A stretch of DNA of 64,000 nucleotides from an uncultured delta proteobacterium. Lineage in GTDB: Bacteria > Desulfobacterota > Binatia > UBA9968. Under the pieces are notes generated by a model. The model worked only from the letters and a program-made list of their open reading frames with translations. It did no database searches and had not been told where the DNA came from. Positions 18,855 through 28,858 of the stretch are shown piece after piece. The translations under genes were made by a program, and so were the position numbers. Within the stretch, counting starts at the first letter, position 1. Each line of letters starts with the position of its first letter. The DNA is taken from positions 288,001 to 352,000 of the forward strand of contig CAWFJP010000014.1 in the NCBI GenBank assembly GCA_963816145.1, written 5' to 3'.

Positions 18855-20066
18855 TCAGCTCTTCCGGCTGCAAGCGAAAACCATCACGGCTTCAAGCCGT
18901 CGCGTAGTCGCTGGATATGATCGGCGCCGGTGGTTTCGAGCACAAGTTCCACTTCGGTCTCGCCGATGGCGACGCGGCCGAATCCTCTGCTCTGGCCGAT
19001 CTGTAAAATATTCGCGCCCTGTGTCGGCGATGCATTGGGTGAGCCGGGCGAGATTACCAGGGCGGTCCGTGACGATCACGTTCAAGCGGCACTGGCGCCC
19101 GTCCTGGATCATGCCTTTCTCAATGATGCGCGCGATCAAGTTCATATCGATATTGCCGCCGGAAACGATCAGGCCAATGTTCTTGCCGGTGAACATGACT
19201 TTCTGATTCATCAGCGCCGCCAACGGCACCGCGGCGGCGCCTTCGGCGACGGTCTTTTCGATTTCCAAGAGCAGCAGCACCGCATTGGCGATCTCGCCTT
19301 CGCTGACAGTGACGATCTCATCGACGAACTCTTTGACCAGGGCGAACGGCGTGTCGCCGACGCAGCGTACAGCGATGCCGTCGGCGATGGTCGTCGCCGG
19401 CGGCAGCCGAACCGGCGCGCCATCGGCCAAAGCGCTTTTCATCGACGGCACGGCTTCTGACTGGACGCCGATGATTTTGATTGTGGGATTCAATGTCTTC
19501 AAAACCAGGGCGATGCCGGCGATCAGGCCGCCGCCGCCCACCGGAACAATGACGGCATCGAGATCCGGGTTCTGTTCGTGCAACTCGAGACCGATGGTAC
19601 CCTGGCCGGCGACGATCCATGGATCGTTGTATGCCGAGACGAAGGTAAGGCTTCTTTCCTGGCTCTGCCGCAGGGCCTCGGTGAGCGCGCTGTCGTAGTC
19701 ATCGCCGCACAGGACGGTCTGCGCGCCGTATTGGCGTACCCGCGAGACTTTGATCAGCGGCGCAAACACCGGCATGACGATGGTTGCGGCGATATCGAGC
19801 CGATGGCTGTGAAACGCCAGCGCCATGCCGTGATTGCCGGCGCTGGCGGCGATCACGCCGCGATTACGTTCTTCAGCAGACAAGGTGAGCAGGCGGTTGA
19901 GGGCCCCGCGCTCTTTGAAGGAACCGGTCATTTGCAAATTTTCCAGCTTAAAAAAGACCCGGTTGCCGGTCATCCGGCTGATGGTTTCCGAATAGGGCAG
20001 CGGCGAGAGATAAATTTGCTCTTTGATGCGCTCGCGCGCTTCTTCGACATCGACGAATGTGACCAT
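18855..20066 (-). CDS. ilvA: Threonine ammonia-lyase with C-terminal ACT domain, frameshifted near 19018
   Basis: KLENLQMTGSFKERGA, ASAGNH, PVGGGGL, SGGNID; ACT domain continues in a shifted frame (GANILQIGQSRGFG...EVELVLETTGADHI). Confidence 0.88.
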   Translation of the reverse strand: MVTFVDVEEARERIKEQIYLSPLPYSETISRMTGNRVFFKLENLQMTGSFKERGALNRLLTLSAEERNRGVIAASAGNHGMALAFHSHRLDIAATIVMPVFAPLIKVSRVRQYGAQTVLCGDDYDSALTEALRQSQERSLTFVSAYNDPWIVAGQGTIGLELHEQNPDLDAVIVPVGGGGLIAGIALVLKTLNPTIKIIGVQSEAVPSMKSALADGAPVRLPPATTIADGIAVRCVGDTPFALVKEFVDEIVTVSEGEIANAVLLLLEIEKTVAEGAAAVPLAALMNQKVMFTGKNIGLIVSGGNIDMNLIARIIEKGMIQDGRQCRLNVIVTDRPGNLARLTQCIADTGREYFTDRPEQRIRPRRHRRDRSGTCARNHRRRSYPATTRRLEAVMVFACSRKS

Positions 20067-20168
20067 GTTGGCGTAACGTTAGAATGAAAAGACTGGCGCA
20101 TGCAAGGTCGATAAGGTAGAAGAGTAGAGGCAAAATTCATAATCACAAAGGTAAAATCGAACAGCTCC

Positions 20169-21299
20169 ATGGCCCAATCTGAAGTAGATACCAGCCCCGC
20201 CGATATCGCCCGTTACGGTCAAAATTATTTGATCGAGATGGATGGCATCGAGCTCTATCGCGCTCTTGCCGCGGCGGAGAAAGATGAGAAGCGCGCCGAG
20301 ATTTTTCGCAAAATCGTGCGCGCTGAGGAACGCCACGCGCAACGCTGGATCCGTTTGATTCAAGCCGGCGGCGGCGTGCTGCCGGCCTACCGGCGCAGCC
20401 TGCGTGTGCGGATGCTCGGATGGTTGGCGCGCCGTTTTGGCACGGACCGCGTGGTGCCGATCGTCAGCGCCCTCGAAGCGCGGGATGAACCGGGCTATTT
20501 GAATCAAAGCGAGGCCGAAGGATTGCCAGCCGAGGAACGCGCGCATAGCCGGGTACTCCGGGAGATGGGCGAAGGCCCGGATTCTAAGGGCGATATCGTC
20601 GGCCGCGAAGCATGGCATATGGCGTCGCGCGGCGGCAGTCTGCGCGCTGCGGTCTTCGGCATCAATGACGGACTGGTATCCAATTTCAGTTTAGTGATGG
20701 GCTTTGCCGGAGCCGACGCGAAACCGGAGTATATACTGCTTGCCGGTTGTGCCGGATTGTTGGCGGGATCTTTTTCCATGGCCGCCGGTGAGTATGTTTC
20801 GGTGCGGGCGCAGCGCGAGTTGTTCGAGCAGCAGATCGCCATGGAAAAACAAGAGCTGGAAATGTCGCCTAAAGAAGAGGAAGAGGAGCTGGCGCTGATT
20901 TACCAAGCCAAAGGTATTCCCGAATCAGATGCACGCATGATGGCGCGCCGTATCGTCGAAAATCCGCGCACCGCCATCGATACCCTGGCGCGCGAAGAGC
21001 TGGGGCTCGATCCGTCGCAATTGGGTTCCCCTTGGGTGGCCGCAGGCAGTTCTTTCGGCGCGTTTATTGTGGGTGCGATCATGCCGGTGATTCCCTACAT
21101 CATCACTCGCGGCAACTCCGCGTTCTTGGCGAGCGCGATGTTAAGCTGTTTGGCGCTGTTCGGGGTCGGCGCACTATTGTCGATTTTTTCCGCGCGCGGC
21201 GCACTGTTTAGCGGCGCCCGAATGCTCGCTATCGGTTTGGCGGCCTCGGCCGTGACCTATCTTGTCGGCTGGTTGCTCGGCGTCTCAGTGGCCGGTTAG
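20169..21299 (+). CDS. VIT1/CCC1 transporter with N-terminal rubrerythrin/ferritin-like domain
   Basis: EERHA/EERAH motifs, then LRAAVFGINDGLVS, SMAAGEYVSV. Confidence 0.9.
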   Translation: MAQSEVDTSPADIARYGQNYLIEMDGIELYRALAAAEKDEKRAEIFRKIVRAEERHAQRWIRLIQAGGGVLPAYRRSLRVRMLGWLARRFGTDRVVPIVSALEARDEPGYLNQSEAEGLPAEERAHSRVLREMGEGPDSKGDIVGREAWHMASRGGSLRAAVFGINDGLVSNFSLVMGFAGADAKPEYILLAGCAGLLAGSFSMAAGEYVSVRAQRELFEQQIAMEKQELEMSPKEEEEELALIYQAKGIPESDARMMARRIVENPRTAIDTLAREELGLDPSQLGSPWVAAGSSFGAFIVGAIMPVIPYIITRGNSAFLASAMLSCLALFGVGALLSIFSARGALFSGARMLAIGLAASAVTYLVGWLLGVSVAG

Positions 21300-21318
21300 T
21301 TGCGCAGATGGCTCCATC

Positions 21319-22748
21319 CTATTCGTGGTTCTTCCCTTCGATTAGCGCTTTCAGTTTTTTGCCGAAATCAGCGTTGTCGTAATAGCCCTTGAAACGCTCG
21401 GCGCCGACTCCAAGCGCCCCGACCAACACTGGATGATTCGAATGGGCGGTGTTCTGCCAATAGATCTGTGTGTTGTTCGCGACCATCATGCCCAAGGCGT
21501 TGGCGACCGGCTCGGCAAAAATCGTCCGCGATAGAAATTGACTGTTAACGATCTTCTCTCTAAATTCCGGCGCCAGAGAAAATCCGGGAAAGTGTTCGGC
21601 CATGAGTTTGTCGACGGCGGTGCTGTTAGGGTTGGGGCCGAGCTGTTTGGCGGCCTTTTGTAAGGAGATATTTATCCCGCGAAGTTTTTTGAAGTCACTG
21701 TGACTCTCCTGCGACTTGGTTATTGCCTTTGCTACTCGACAAATCTTTTAACGCCAGAGTCATGCCGAGCCCGCCCGATTCATGGTCGGAGGCGACAATG
21801 ATCAGTGTCTCCTTCGGGTATTTGCGATAAAATTCATAGGCCAAGCCCACCGCTCGGTCGAACTCGCGGTAGTCGTGAATCACCGAGGCGATGTCGTTGG
21901 CATGGGAGGCGCGATCGATATTTTCCGACTCGATAAAGGCGAAAAAGCCGCGCGGCCCTTGCAGCAGGCGAATCGTCGCCTGCGTCAAATCGTACACCGA
22001 AGGTTCGGTTTGCTTGTCGCGATCGATCTCAAAGCTCATTTCCAAAAGATCGAATAGCCCCAATACCTTGCCGCTGCTGACGCGTTGGAGCTGGGCCAAG
22101 TTGGTTACTGACTGATAGCCGAGCTTGGTAAATTCGGTGACGAGATCGCTTGTCGTCGGTACGTTGGCTGCCGGGTTGTCCCTTCGGCAGAAATTGATCG
22201 AGTCCGCCGCCGAGTAGAATGTCCGGCGCCATTTCCAGATAGCGCCGCAAGATCGGCGGATAGTCTTTGCGGTTCGGCACATGACAGACAAACGCCGCCG
22301 GACTGGCGTCGTAGATCGTCGAATTCGTGGCCAGCCCCAGCTTCATGCCGCGCTGGCGCGCGATCTCCATGGCGCTGACAGCGACCGTGTCGTCGGCGCA
22401 GACTCCCAGGGCGCCGATCTTGGCTTTGCAGCCACTCGCCATGGCGGTGGCGGCGGCCGCTGAATCGGTGGACAGCGAATTGGCGGCGTGGGTGGTCATT
22501 ACGCCGACGCTGCCTTCCTTCATGATCTTGTCGACGATGACCATGCCTTCGTTGTGGATGTATTGGCGATATTGGCGCGCGATCTCTAGATGGGTCGCAC
22601 CGCCGCCGTCGGCGAGAAAGAGGAAGATATTTTTGGGCGCGCCGTTGGCGACGCGGCTAGTCTGACTTAGTGAAAGTGAAGGAAGAAGGGCGCCGATTAC
22701 GATGATGGCTTGTAGACATAAGAGTAGCTTTCTCACGAAGTCTCCCAA
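21319..22748 (-). pseudogene. Alkaline phosphatase split by two frameshifts (~22148 and ~21700); possibly sequencing errors
   Basis: Three consecutive frames carry NIFLFLADG, TDSAAAATA, DASPAAF / ENIDRASHAND, ASDHESGG / HSNHPV...DNADFG. Confidence 0.8.
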
Positions 22749-22757
22749 TTTTGAGTG

Positions 22758-23468
22758 CTAGGTTTGCGAGGTGCCCTGGGCCAAGATACGGCGCAGCTCA
22801 AGCCATAACGACAGAATCGTATAGTAGGCGGGAAATAATAGCGAGGCAAGCAATAGCCACAGGGGTGGGTTGGGCAGCCGGTGAATGAGGTAGAGAACCG
22901 TGGCGCCCCAAATGGCGCCGAGGATATTGGTTTGCGAACGGAAGCGCGGCGCGCGGCTGGGGTAAATAAAGCGCATCGGCACGAAGACCAGGATCGAGAG
23001 AGCGATGATCAAAAAGGCGTTGATCCAGAGCGCGGTTTGGAGCGCGTATAGATAAAAGAACACGATGTTCCAGTAGGATGGAAAGCCGAGAAAGAAATGA
23101 TCGGCGGTTTTAGCATCCCGTTGGCAGAAGCCGTAAGCGCTCGACAAGACCGGCAGCGCGGCGAGCCAGAGCGCGTCTTGCTCCGGCACAAGGCGGGTGC
23201 GCAGCATCAAAAGGGTAGGCGCGATTACATAGTTCAAGTAATCGACAAGGTTGTCGAGCAGGGCGCCGTCGAACCAGGGGATGATTGCTTTTACCCGCGC
23301 CGCCCGCGCCAGCGCGCCGTCGGTGGCGTCGATGATAACTGTGACGGCCATCAGCAAGAAGGCTAGACGAAAGTTCGCCTCGTCGATGGCGAGAATTGTG
23401 TAGAGGCCGACAACCGCGCCAAAGGCGGTATAGAAGTGGACCAGCCAGGCGAAGGTGAGATTCGCCAT
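22758..23468 (-). CDS. pcs: Phosphatidylcholine synthase-like CDP-alcohol phosphatidyltransferase
   Basis: AWLVHFYTA, DATDGALAR, FDGALLDNLVDY, KTADHFFLGFPSYWN. Confidence 0.82.
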   Translation of the reverse strand: MANLTFAWLVHFYTAFGAVVGLYTILAIDEANFRLAFLLMAVTVIIDATDGALARAARVKAIIPWFDGALLDNLVDYLNYVIAPTLLMLRTRLVPEQDALWLAALPVLSSAYGFCQRDAKTADHFFLGFPSYWNIVFFYLYALQTALWINAFLIIALSILVFVPMRFIYPSRAPRFRSQTNILGAIWGATVLYLIHRLPNPPLWLLLASLLFPAYYTILSLWLELRRILAQGTSQT

Positions 23469-23555
23469 GGCGATTCTAGGATTCGATGAAGGTGTTGGGT
23501 TGAAGATGGGCAGCGGCCATCTTCAAATCTCCATGGTTGAATCTCGGCTCGAGGA

Positions 23556-24164
23556 CTACTGAGCCGAGGCAGCGAAGCTGGGACGGGCTTTCAAACGGGC
23601 GATCCAGGCAACGGCGCGCTTATACTTGACCGGATCCACCGGGATCGCGAAGCGGTCGAGCAGCTCAATGTTGGCCATGAAGGCTACGTCAGCCAGACTG
23701 AACGGCCCAGCGAGATAGTCCTTGTCTTGAAGTTCTGCCTCTATGCGATCGAAGGCTTTGGTGATCTCCAACTTAGCGTTGTCGATCCGTTGCGCATCGC
23801 GCTCGGCTTCAGGTTTGCGGCTCTCTTGAATCAGGTGAACGAAGTAAGGGTTGAAATGCGCATCGCGGAAGTCTTCCATCATGCGCGCGCGCGCCCGGCC
23901 TTCCGAGTCGCTCGGCATAAGCGATGGATAGGGGTATTCGTCTTCAAGATATTCGTTTATGATAGTTGAGTCGTAAACAACGAAACCTTCGTCATCTAAT
24001 GCTGGAATTTGACCGAAAGGATGAATTTTGAGGTAATCTGGGCTCTTTTGTTCTCTTTTGGTTAGGTCGATATTGATCCGCTCGAACTCGAGTCCCTTCT
24101 CGATCAGTGCAATGCGCACCTTGCGCGAGTTAGTCGATGGCGGAAACGTGTAGAGCTTGATCAT
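23556..24164 (-). CDS. Glutathione S-transferase family protein
   Basis: SRKVRIALIEKG, HPFGQIPAL, DSTIINEYL, YLAGPFSLAD; AGGAGG upstream. Confidence 0.92.
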   Translation of the reverse strand: MIKLYTFPPSTNSRKVRIALIEKGLEFERINIDLTKREQKSPDYLKIHPFGQIPALDDEGFVVYDSTIINEYLEDEYPYPSLMPSDSEGRARARMMEDFRDAHFNPYFVHLIQESRKPEAERDAQRIDNAKLEITKAFDRIEAELQDKDYLAGPFSLADVAFMANIELLDRFAIPVDPVKYKRAVAWIARLKARPSFAASAQ

Positions 24165-24302
24165 TGACAACTAACCTCCTTAACCTTCACAACAAGCGAT
24201 ATATTAGCACAACGTTGTAATAAGTGGAGCGTTTTTTTCATTTTCTCGGGGAAAAACGCACTTATTTCGCGGCACCCAAAGCCCAGCGGCCTTGAATCAG
24301 CG

Positions 24303-26159
24303 CTAGCGCCGGGAGCCGAGGTTAGTTTTGAAAGCGCTGGTGCCGTCGCCTCGTTTGACGACGATGGTTACTTGTGCAGCGGGCTTTTGAGTTCCCAGTG
24401 CGTCGGTGAGGTCTTCGATATTGCTGATCCTTGTGTCGGCTAATTGAACAATCACATCACCTTCGCGCAGGCCCGCAGCGGCGGCCGGGCTGCCCGGCGC
24501 CACGCCAGCGAGAAGCACACCATCAACAGTTCTGTTGTATTCGGGAATGATTCCCAAATAAACGCCGGCGCCGTACCGCTCGCCGGTTTCAGAGGTCGGA
24601 GGGCGCGATGGCAGGCTGACGAAGTTGGGCGCTTCGGGGAGAGCCGCAATGGCCAGCGCCGACATGAGCACCAGATCGCCAATTTGCGCCATGCCCGGGT
24701 AATTGAGTTTGTCCCAGGTGTCTCCCGGCCGATGGTAATCGGGATGGCTGCCGGTGAAGAAATGCAGCACGGGAATCTGTTTATTATAAAAAGACAGGTG
24801 ATCGCTGGGACCGACGCCGTCGGGCAGGTTGGTTTGCAACCCCAGCTGCTTAGCACCGCTGCCGACAATGGTATCGAAGGGCGGCGCCGAGCGCACGCCG
24901 AAGATGGTGACCCGGTCGTCGCGCAGCCGCCCGACCATGTCGAGATTGATCATGCTTTTGATCCTACCGAGCTGCGGCCAGCTGCTGACAAAATGGCGGG
25001 AGCCATAAAGTCCCAGTTCCTCCGCGGAAAAGGCGACGAAGAGGATGGATCGTGCCGGTTTGGGCTCGATTTGGCTTAACCGGCGCGCCACCTGGAGCAG
25101 CACCGAAGTGCCGGAAGCGTTATCGTCGGCGCCGTGATGAATCATGCCTGCGGCACTCTGATCGCGCGCGCCATAGTAACCGAGACCCAAGTGGTCGTAG
25201 TGGGCGCCGATGACGAGGTATTCCTTCCCACCCGCTGGCTCTCTGCCGGGAAGAATCCCGACGACATTTTCGGCGCGCTCGCGTTCCTCTTCCAGGGTCA
25301 CTTGAATCGACAGCTTGTTGCCAGTCAATGCCATTGACGCCGGCTTTTCTTCGCGGTCGATTTGGTCTTTCAGATCCTTTAGGGATACGCCTTGCGCCGC
25401 GAACCAGTTCTCGACGGCTTGCCGTTTGATTTGCGCCGCGACTAGGCTGTTACCGCTCCGCCACAGGCTGCTGCGCAACGACATGAGCTCGGCCTTGGCT
25501 TCTCCCCGGTTGTTCATGTCGACGACAATCATGCCACTGGCGCCATGATTGCGGGCGTTGTTGGCCTTGGTGCGGAGCGCGGCGTAGGTCGAGAAGTCGG
25601 GCGATTTTCTAAACGGGCTCTGATCGTTCTTGGGCGGCGGCTCGTAGCGCAGCACGATGACGATCTTACCCTTCGCGTCGATGCCGGCGTAGTCGTCATA
25701 GCCGTAATCTTTCGCGGTGATGCCATAGCCGGCAAACACAGCTTCGCCCTCGGCCAGGCCCGATGACGAAAGGCCGAGGGGCAGCCAATCCTCGTCCAAC
25801 CTTAGCGCCGGCCCTTGGCCGAGAGTCAAACTGCTAGGCGCTTTCACTTTTACGCCAACCGCGACCTCGAAGCTTTGGAGATAGCTGTTGTTATCACCGC
25901 CGGGAACGAGTCCGTATTTGGCGAATTCCGCTGCGAGATAGTCCCGCGCTGCCGCGATGCCCGGTGTGCCAACGCCGCGGCCGCTGCGTTCCGGTGCTGC
26001 CAGGAACTTCGCATGGGCCGACAACTCGTCGGTCGCTGTCGGCTCCTGGCCCGACAGTTCCCAAGGGCGGGTGGCAAGTCCGAATAGCGTCGCTAGAATT
26101 ACGGCGATGGCGGCAATCACAGCGCGGCGTTGCAGTAGCGGTCGGCGATGGTGTTGCAT
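24303..26159 (-). CDS. M28 family aminopeptidase with PA and PDZ domains
   Basis: GAHYDHLG, GADDNASG, FSAEELGL, NLDMVGR, SDH, DYHRPGD; C-terminal GSPAAAAGLREGD. Confidence 0.9.
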   Translation of the reverse strand: MQHHRRPLLQRRAVIAAIAVILATLFGLATRPWELSGQEPTATDELSAHAKFLAAPERSGRGVGTPGIAAARDYLAAEFAKYGLVPGGDNNSYLQSFEVAVGVKVKAPSSLTLGQGPALRLDEDWLPLGLSSSGLAEGEAVFAGYGITAKDYGYDDYAGIDAKGKIVIVLRYEPPPKNDQSPFRKSPDFSTYAALRTKANNARNHGASGMIVVDMNNRGEAKAELMSLRSSLWRSGNSLVAAQIKRQAVENWFAAQGVSLKDLKDQIDREEKPASMALTGNKLSIQVTLEEERERAENVVGILPGREPAGGKEYLVIGAHYDHLGLGYYGARDQSAAGMIHHGADDNASGTSVLLQVARRLSQIEPKPARSILFVAFSAEELGLYGSRHFVSSWPQLGRIKSMINLDMVGRLRDDRVTIFGVRSAPPFDTIVGSGAKQLGLQTNLPDGVGPSDHLSFYNKQIPVLHFFTGSHPDYHRPGDTWDKLNYPGMAQIGDLVLMSALAIAALPEAPNFVSLPSRPPTSETGERYGAGVYLGIIPEYNRTVDGVLLAGVAPGSPAAAAGLREGDVIVQLADTRISNIEDLTDALGTQKPAAQVTIVVKRGDGTSAFKTNLGSRR

Positions 26160-26286
26160 ACGGAGACACAACCTAGCAGTTTGCCGCGTGAATGTCGCCA
26201 GTCCGGTATCGCATGGTGACTTTTGCGGGCGCGGCTCTGAAGTGTTATAAGAGCGTCAATCTAACACCGCATGGAGGATATTGAAG

Positions 26287-26520
26287 ATGGCGACTTCTGT
26301 AGTTGTCTACACCCAGCCCGGCTGAGGGCCCTGTCATAAAGAGGTAGAGTTTCTATCTCAAAAGGGCGTTCAATTCGTCGAGAAAAATGTTCGCGCCGAT
26401 AAAGCTGCGATGAAAGAGCTGATCGATCAAGGGTTTCAAAGCACCCCCGTGACGATTATTGACGGGCAATCGGTGGTGGGCTTCGATCAATTGAAGATCA
26501 TGGAGCTGCTCGGATTGTAA
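26287..26520 (+). CDS. Glutaredoxin/NrdH-like selenoprotein (UGPC active site; UGA at 26323-26325)
   Basis: GGAGG RBS, then MATSVVVYTQPG-(TGA)-GPCHKEVEFLSQKGVQFVEKNV...STPVTIIDGQSVVGFD...; the UGA sits where the first Cys of CxxC belongs. Confidence 0.88.
26328..26367 (+). promoter_or_regulatory. Putative bacterial SECIS hairpin
   Basis: Immediately 3' of the UGA: lower stem GCCCU/AGGGC, upper stem GAGGUAGA/UCUAUCUC, apical loop G about 24 nt after the UGA. Confidence 0.7.
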
Positions 26521-26621
26521 TTTGTCAGTTCGATCGGATGACCGCACGAACCGATCGGCTTCGGCGCGGCATCTCGATCAGCGCATGAATAGTTGTTGCG
26601 CCAACCCAGAATTAGCAGGAT

Positions 26622-27325
26622 TTATTTCACCTGCGCCTTCCAGCCCGAAGAGCTGAGCATCCTCCCGGTGACGCCCTTTGATTCGTCCGACGCCAAGTAG
26701 ACGAATACGTCGGTTACCGATTCAGGTTTGCTGCCGTTGAATCCGGTCAGCTTTGTCGCGACGTAACCCGGCTCCACGGAATTGACTCGGATATTCGCCG
26801 AACGGACTTCGGCGGCCAAGGTTTGGGAAAATCCTTCCAGTCCCCACTTCGAGGTCGCATAGGCCAAAAAATTTGCATAGGCGCCGCGGCCGATCATCGA
26901 CGAGACATTGATGATTGAACCGCTCTTTTGCTTCATCATGATAGGCAGCACCGCCTGGGTGATGAGAAACGGCCCGCGCAGGTTGACTGCGATGGTGTAG
27001 TCCCATTTTTTGACATCGATCTCAATCGTCGGCGCAGGCCGGGTCATGACCCCGGCGTTGTTGACCAGCACATCGATGCGGCCAAATTTCTTGTGCGCGT
27101 TGACGACGAAATTCTTCGTACCGGCTCTTCGAGCGACACATCGCAGCTCCAGCCCTCGGCGTCGACATTCATAGCACGCAATTCTTTGACGGTTTGCTCG
27201 AGTTCGGCGGCGGTGCGCGCGCAGAGCGCGAGCTTGGCGCCTTCGCGGCCGTAGTGTATGGCGATGGCTTTGCCGATGCCGCGGCCGCCGCCGGTGATCA
27301 GGATGACTTTTTCTTTGAGTTTCAT
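26622..27325 (-). CDS. SDR family oxidoreductase, frameshifted near 27118
   Basis: TGGGRGIG in one frame; GRIDVLVNNAG and YATSK in the next. Confidence 0.85.
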
Positions 27326-27457
27326 CTGCGGTTCCTTGTCTGCCGATTTCCAAAGCATGGCCGGATATTAGCTGTTTTTCGCCTGGGAAACCAAGATTAG
27401 GCTTGAGGCGGGAGGCGCGAGGCGATAGTAAGAAAGGCGCCGAGAGAGGAGCCGAGC

Positions 27458-28340
27458 ATGGATGTTCTAAGTACCACCGGATATAATCGCAGGCCGCCAC
27501 ATTTGGTGGCTCTGTACAAAGGGTTTTTCGCCAAGGAGGGCCTCGAAGTGCGATTTCACGAGACCACCTACGCGCCGGATCACAACAAAGGCATGGCCGA
27601 AGGGCGTTGGGATTTTACGCTCAGCAGCGCCGACACGATGATCGCGCGCACCACCACCGACGGCGTCGATTACATGCTATTCATGCAGGCCGAAGAAGGC
27701 TTGAGCGCCTACCTGATCGGCCAGCCGGATTACGATTCACTCGACAAGCTGCGCGGCAAGTTGCTCGCCGGCGATCCGGGCGACTCCAATCTCGATCTGA
27801 TCCGTAAGAAAATTCTCCGCAAACATGGCATCGACGACACCGAGTACGACATTGAAATTATCGGCAGCTCGCCGGTGCGCTTGGAGGCGTTTCTGCAGCG
27901 GCGCGTGGTTGCCGCCATGTTGACGCCGCCAGCTTCGGACAACGCGTTGGCCGCCGGCGGTATTCTACTCGCCAGCGGCGACGATTATGTGCCCGGGCTG
28001 GCCGCTTACCTGCGGGTGGACGCTGCGACCCTGGCTGTTGGAGCATCGCGAGCTGGTCGTGCGGTTCATTCGCGCTTGGGCGGCGGCAACCGATTGGATG
28101 CTGCAACCGGACCACAAGGAAGAGACCTTGCAGCTTTCGATGGACAAGGAAAGGCTTAATCGCCAGGCGGCGGAAATTGCTTATGCCAAAGTCGTTCCCC
28201 AAGCGCGCATCAATCCGGCGGCGATCCAAACCGTCATCGAGCTGCGTAAAGAGATGGGCGTGTACAAACCGCCATTCGCGCCGCCAGAGCGATTTTACGA
28301 CGATAGCTTTTGGCGCGAGGCGACTGAAGGACAGGCTTGA
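27458..28340 (+). CDS. NitT/TauT-type substrate-binding protein, frameshifted near 27995
   Basis: KGFFAKEGLEV N-terminal motif; extra G in CCCGGGCTGG moves the C-terminus (FIRAWAAATDW...ERFYDDSFW) to another frame. Confidence 0.78.
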
Positions 28341-28401
28341 GGCTTGCGGCGAGAGTCAGATAGGCAATGGAAAACCCAGCGTCCCGCCTTCAACTTATTC
28401 T

Positions 28402-28740
28402 TTACGTTAACAGCGAGCGCAGGATCATGCCGACGATACTCATGACGATGGCGCCGAAGAAGGCGGACCAGAATCCGGCGACGGCAAAGCCCGGAACCAG
28501 GTAGGCGGCGAGCATCAGCATCAGGGCGTTGATGACAAGTAGGAAAATTCCCAGTGACAGAATCGTGACGGGAAAGGTGACGATCTTGATTATGAAACCG
28601 ACCGTGGCATTGACCAGGCCGATCACCAGCGGCGCGATCAAAGTTGGACCGATGCCTTCGACGCGGATTCCCGGGATCACATAGGCGACGACGACCAAGC
28701 TGATGGCGCTGATGGCCCAATGAACCATTAAATTCCACAT
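28402..28740 (-). CDS. YvlD-like 4-TM membrane protein ('phage holin family')
   Basis: GLVNATV...TFPVTILSLGIFLLVINALML...GFWSAFFGA. Confidence 0.85.
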   Translation of the reverse strand: MWNLMVHWAISAISLVVVAYVIPGIRVEGIGPTLIAPLVIGLVNATVGFIIKIVTFPVTILSLGIFLLVINALMLMLAAYLVPGFAVAGFWSAFFGAIVMSIVGMILRSLLT

Positions 28741-28858
28741 AGTGTCTTAGGGCATAGCAAAGCTTGGCCAATATCTCAAGGAAGTTTCTTGAATTACCCT
28801 TGCGAGACTCAATCGAGAATGTAAAATGGGCCAACGCACGTAAGGAGGCATTAACGTC

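Noticed and set aside
28402-28740. Prophage suggested by a 'phage holin family' gene
   Set aside because: This YvlD-like family is common in chromosomes, and no other phage genes are present.
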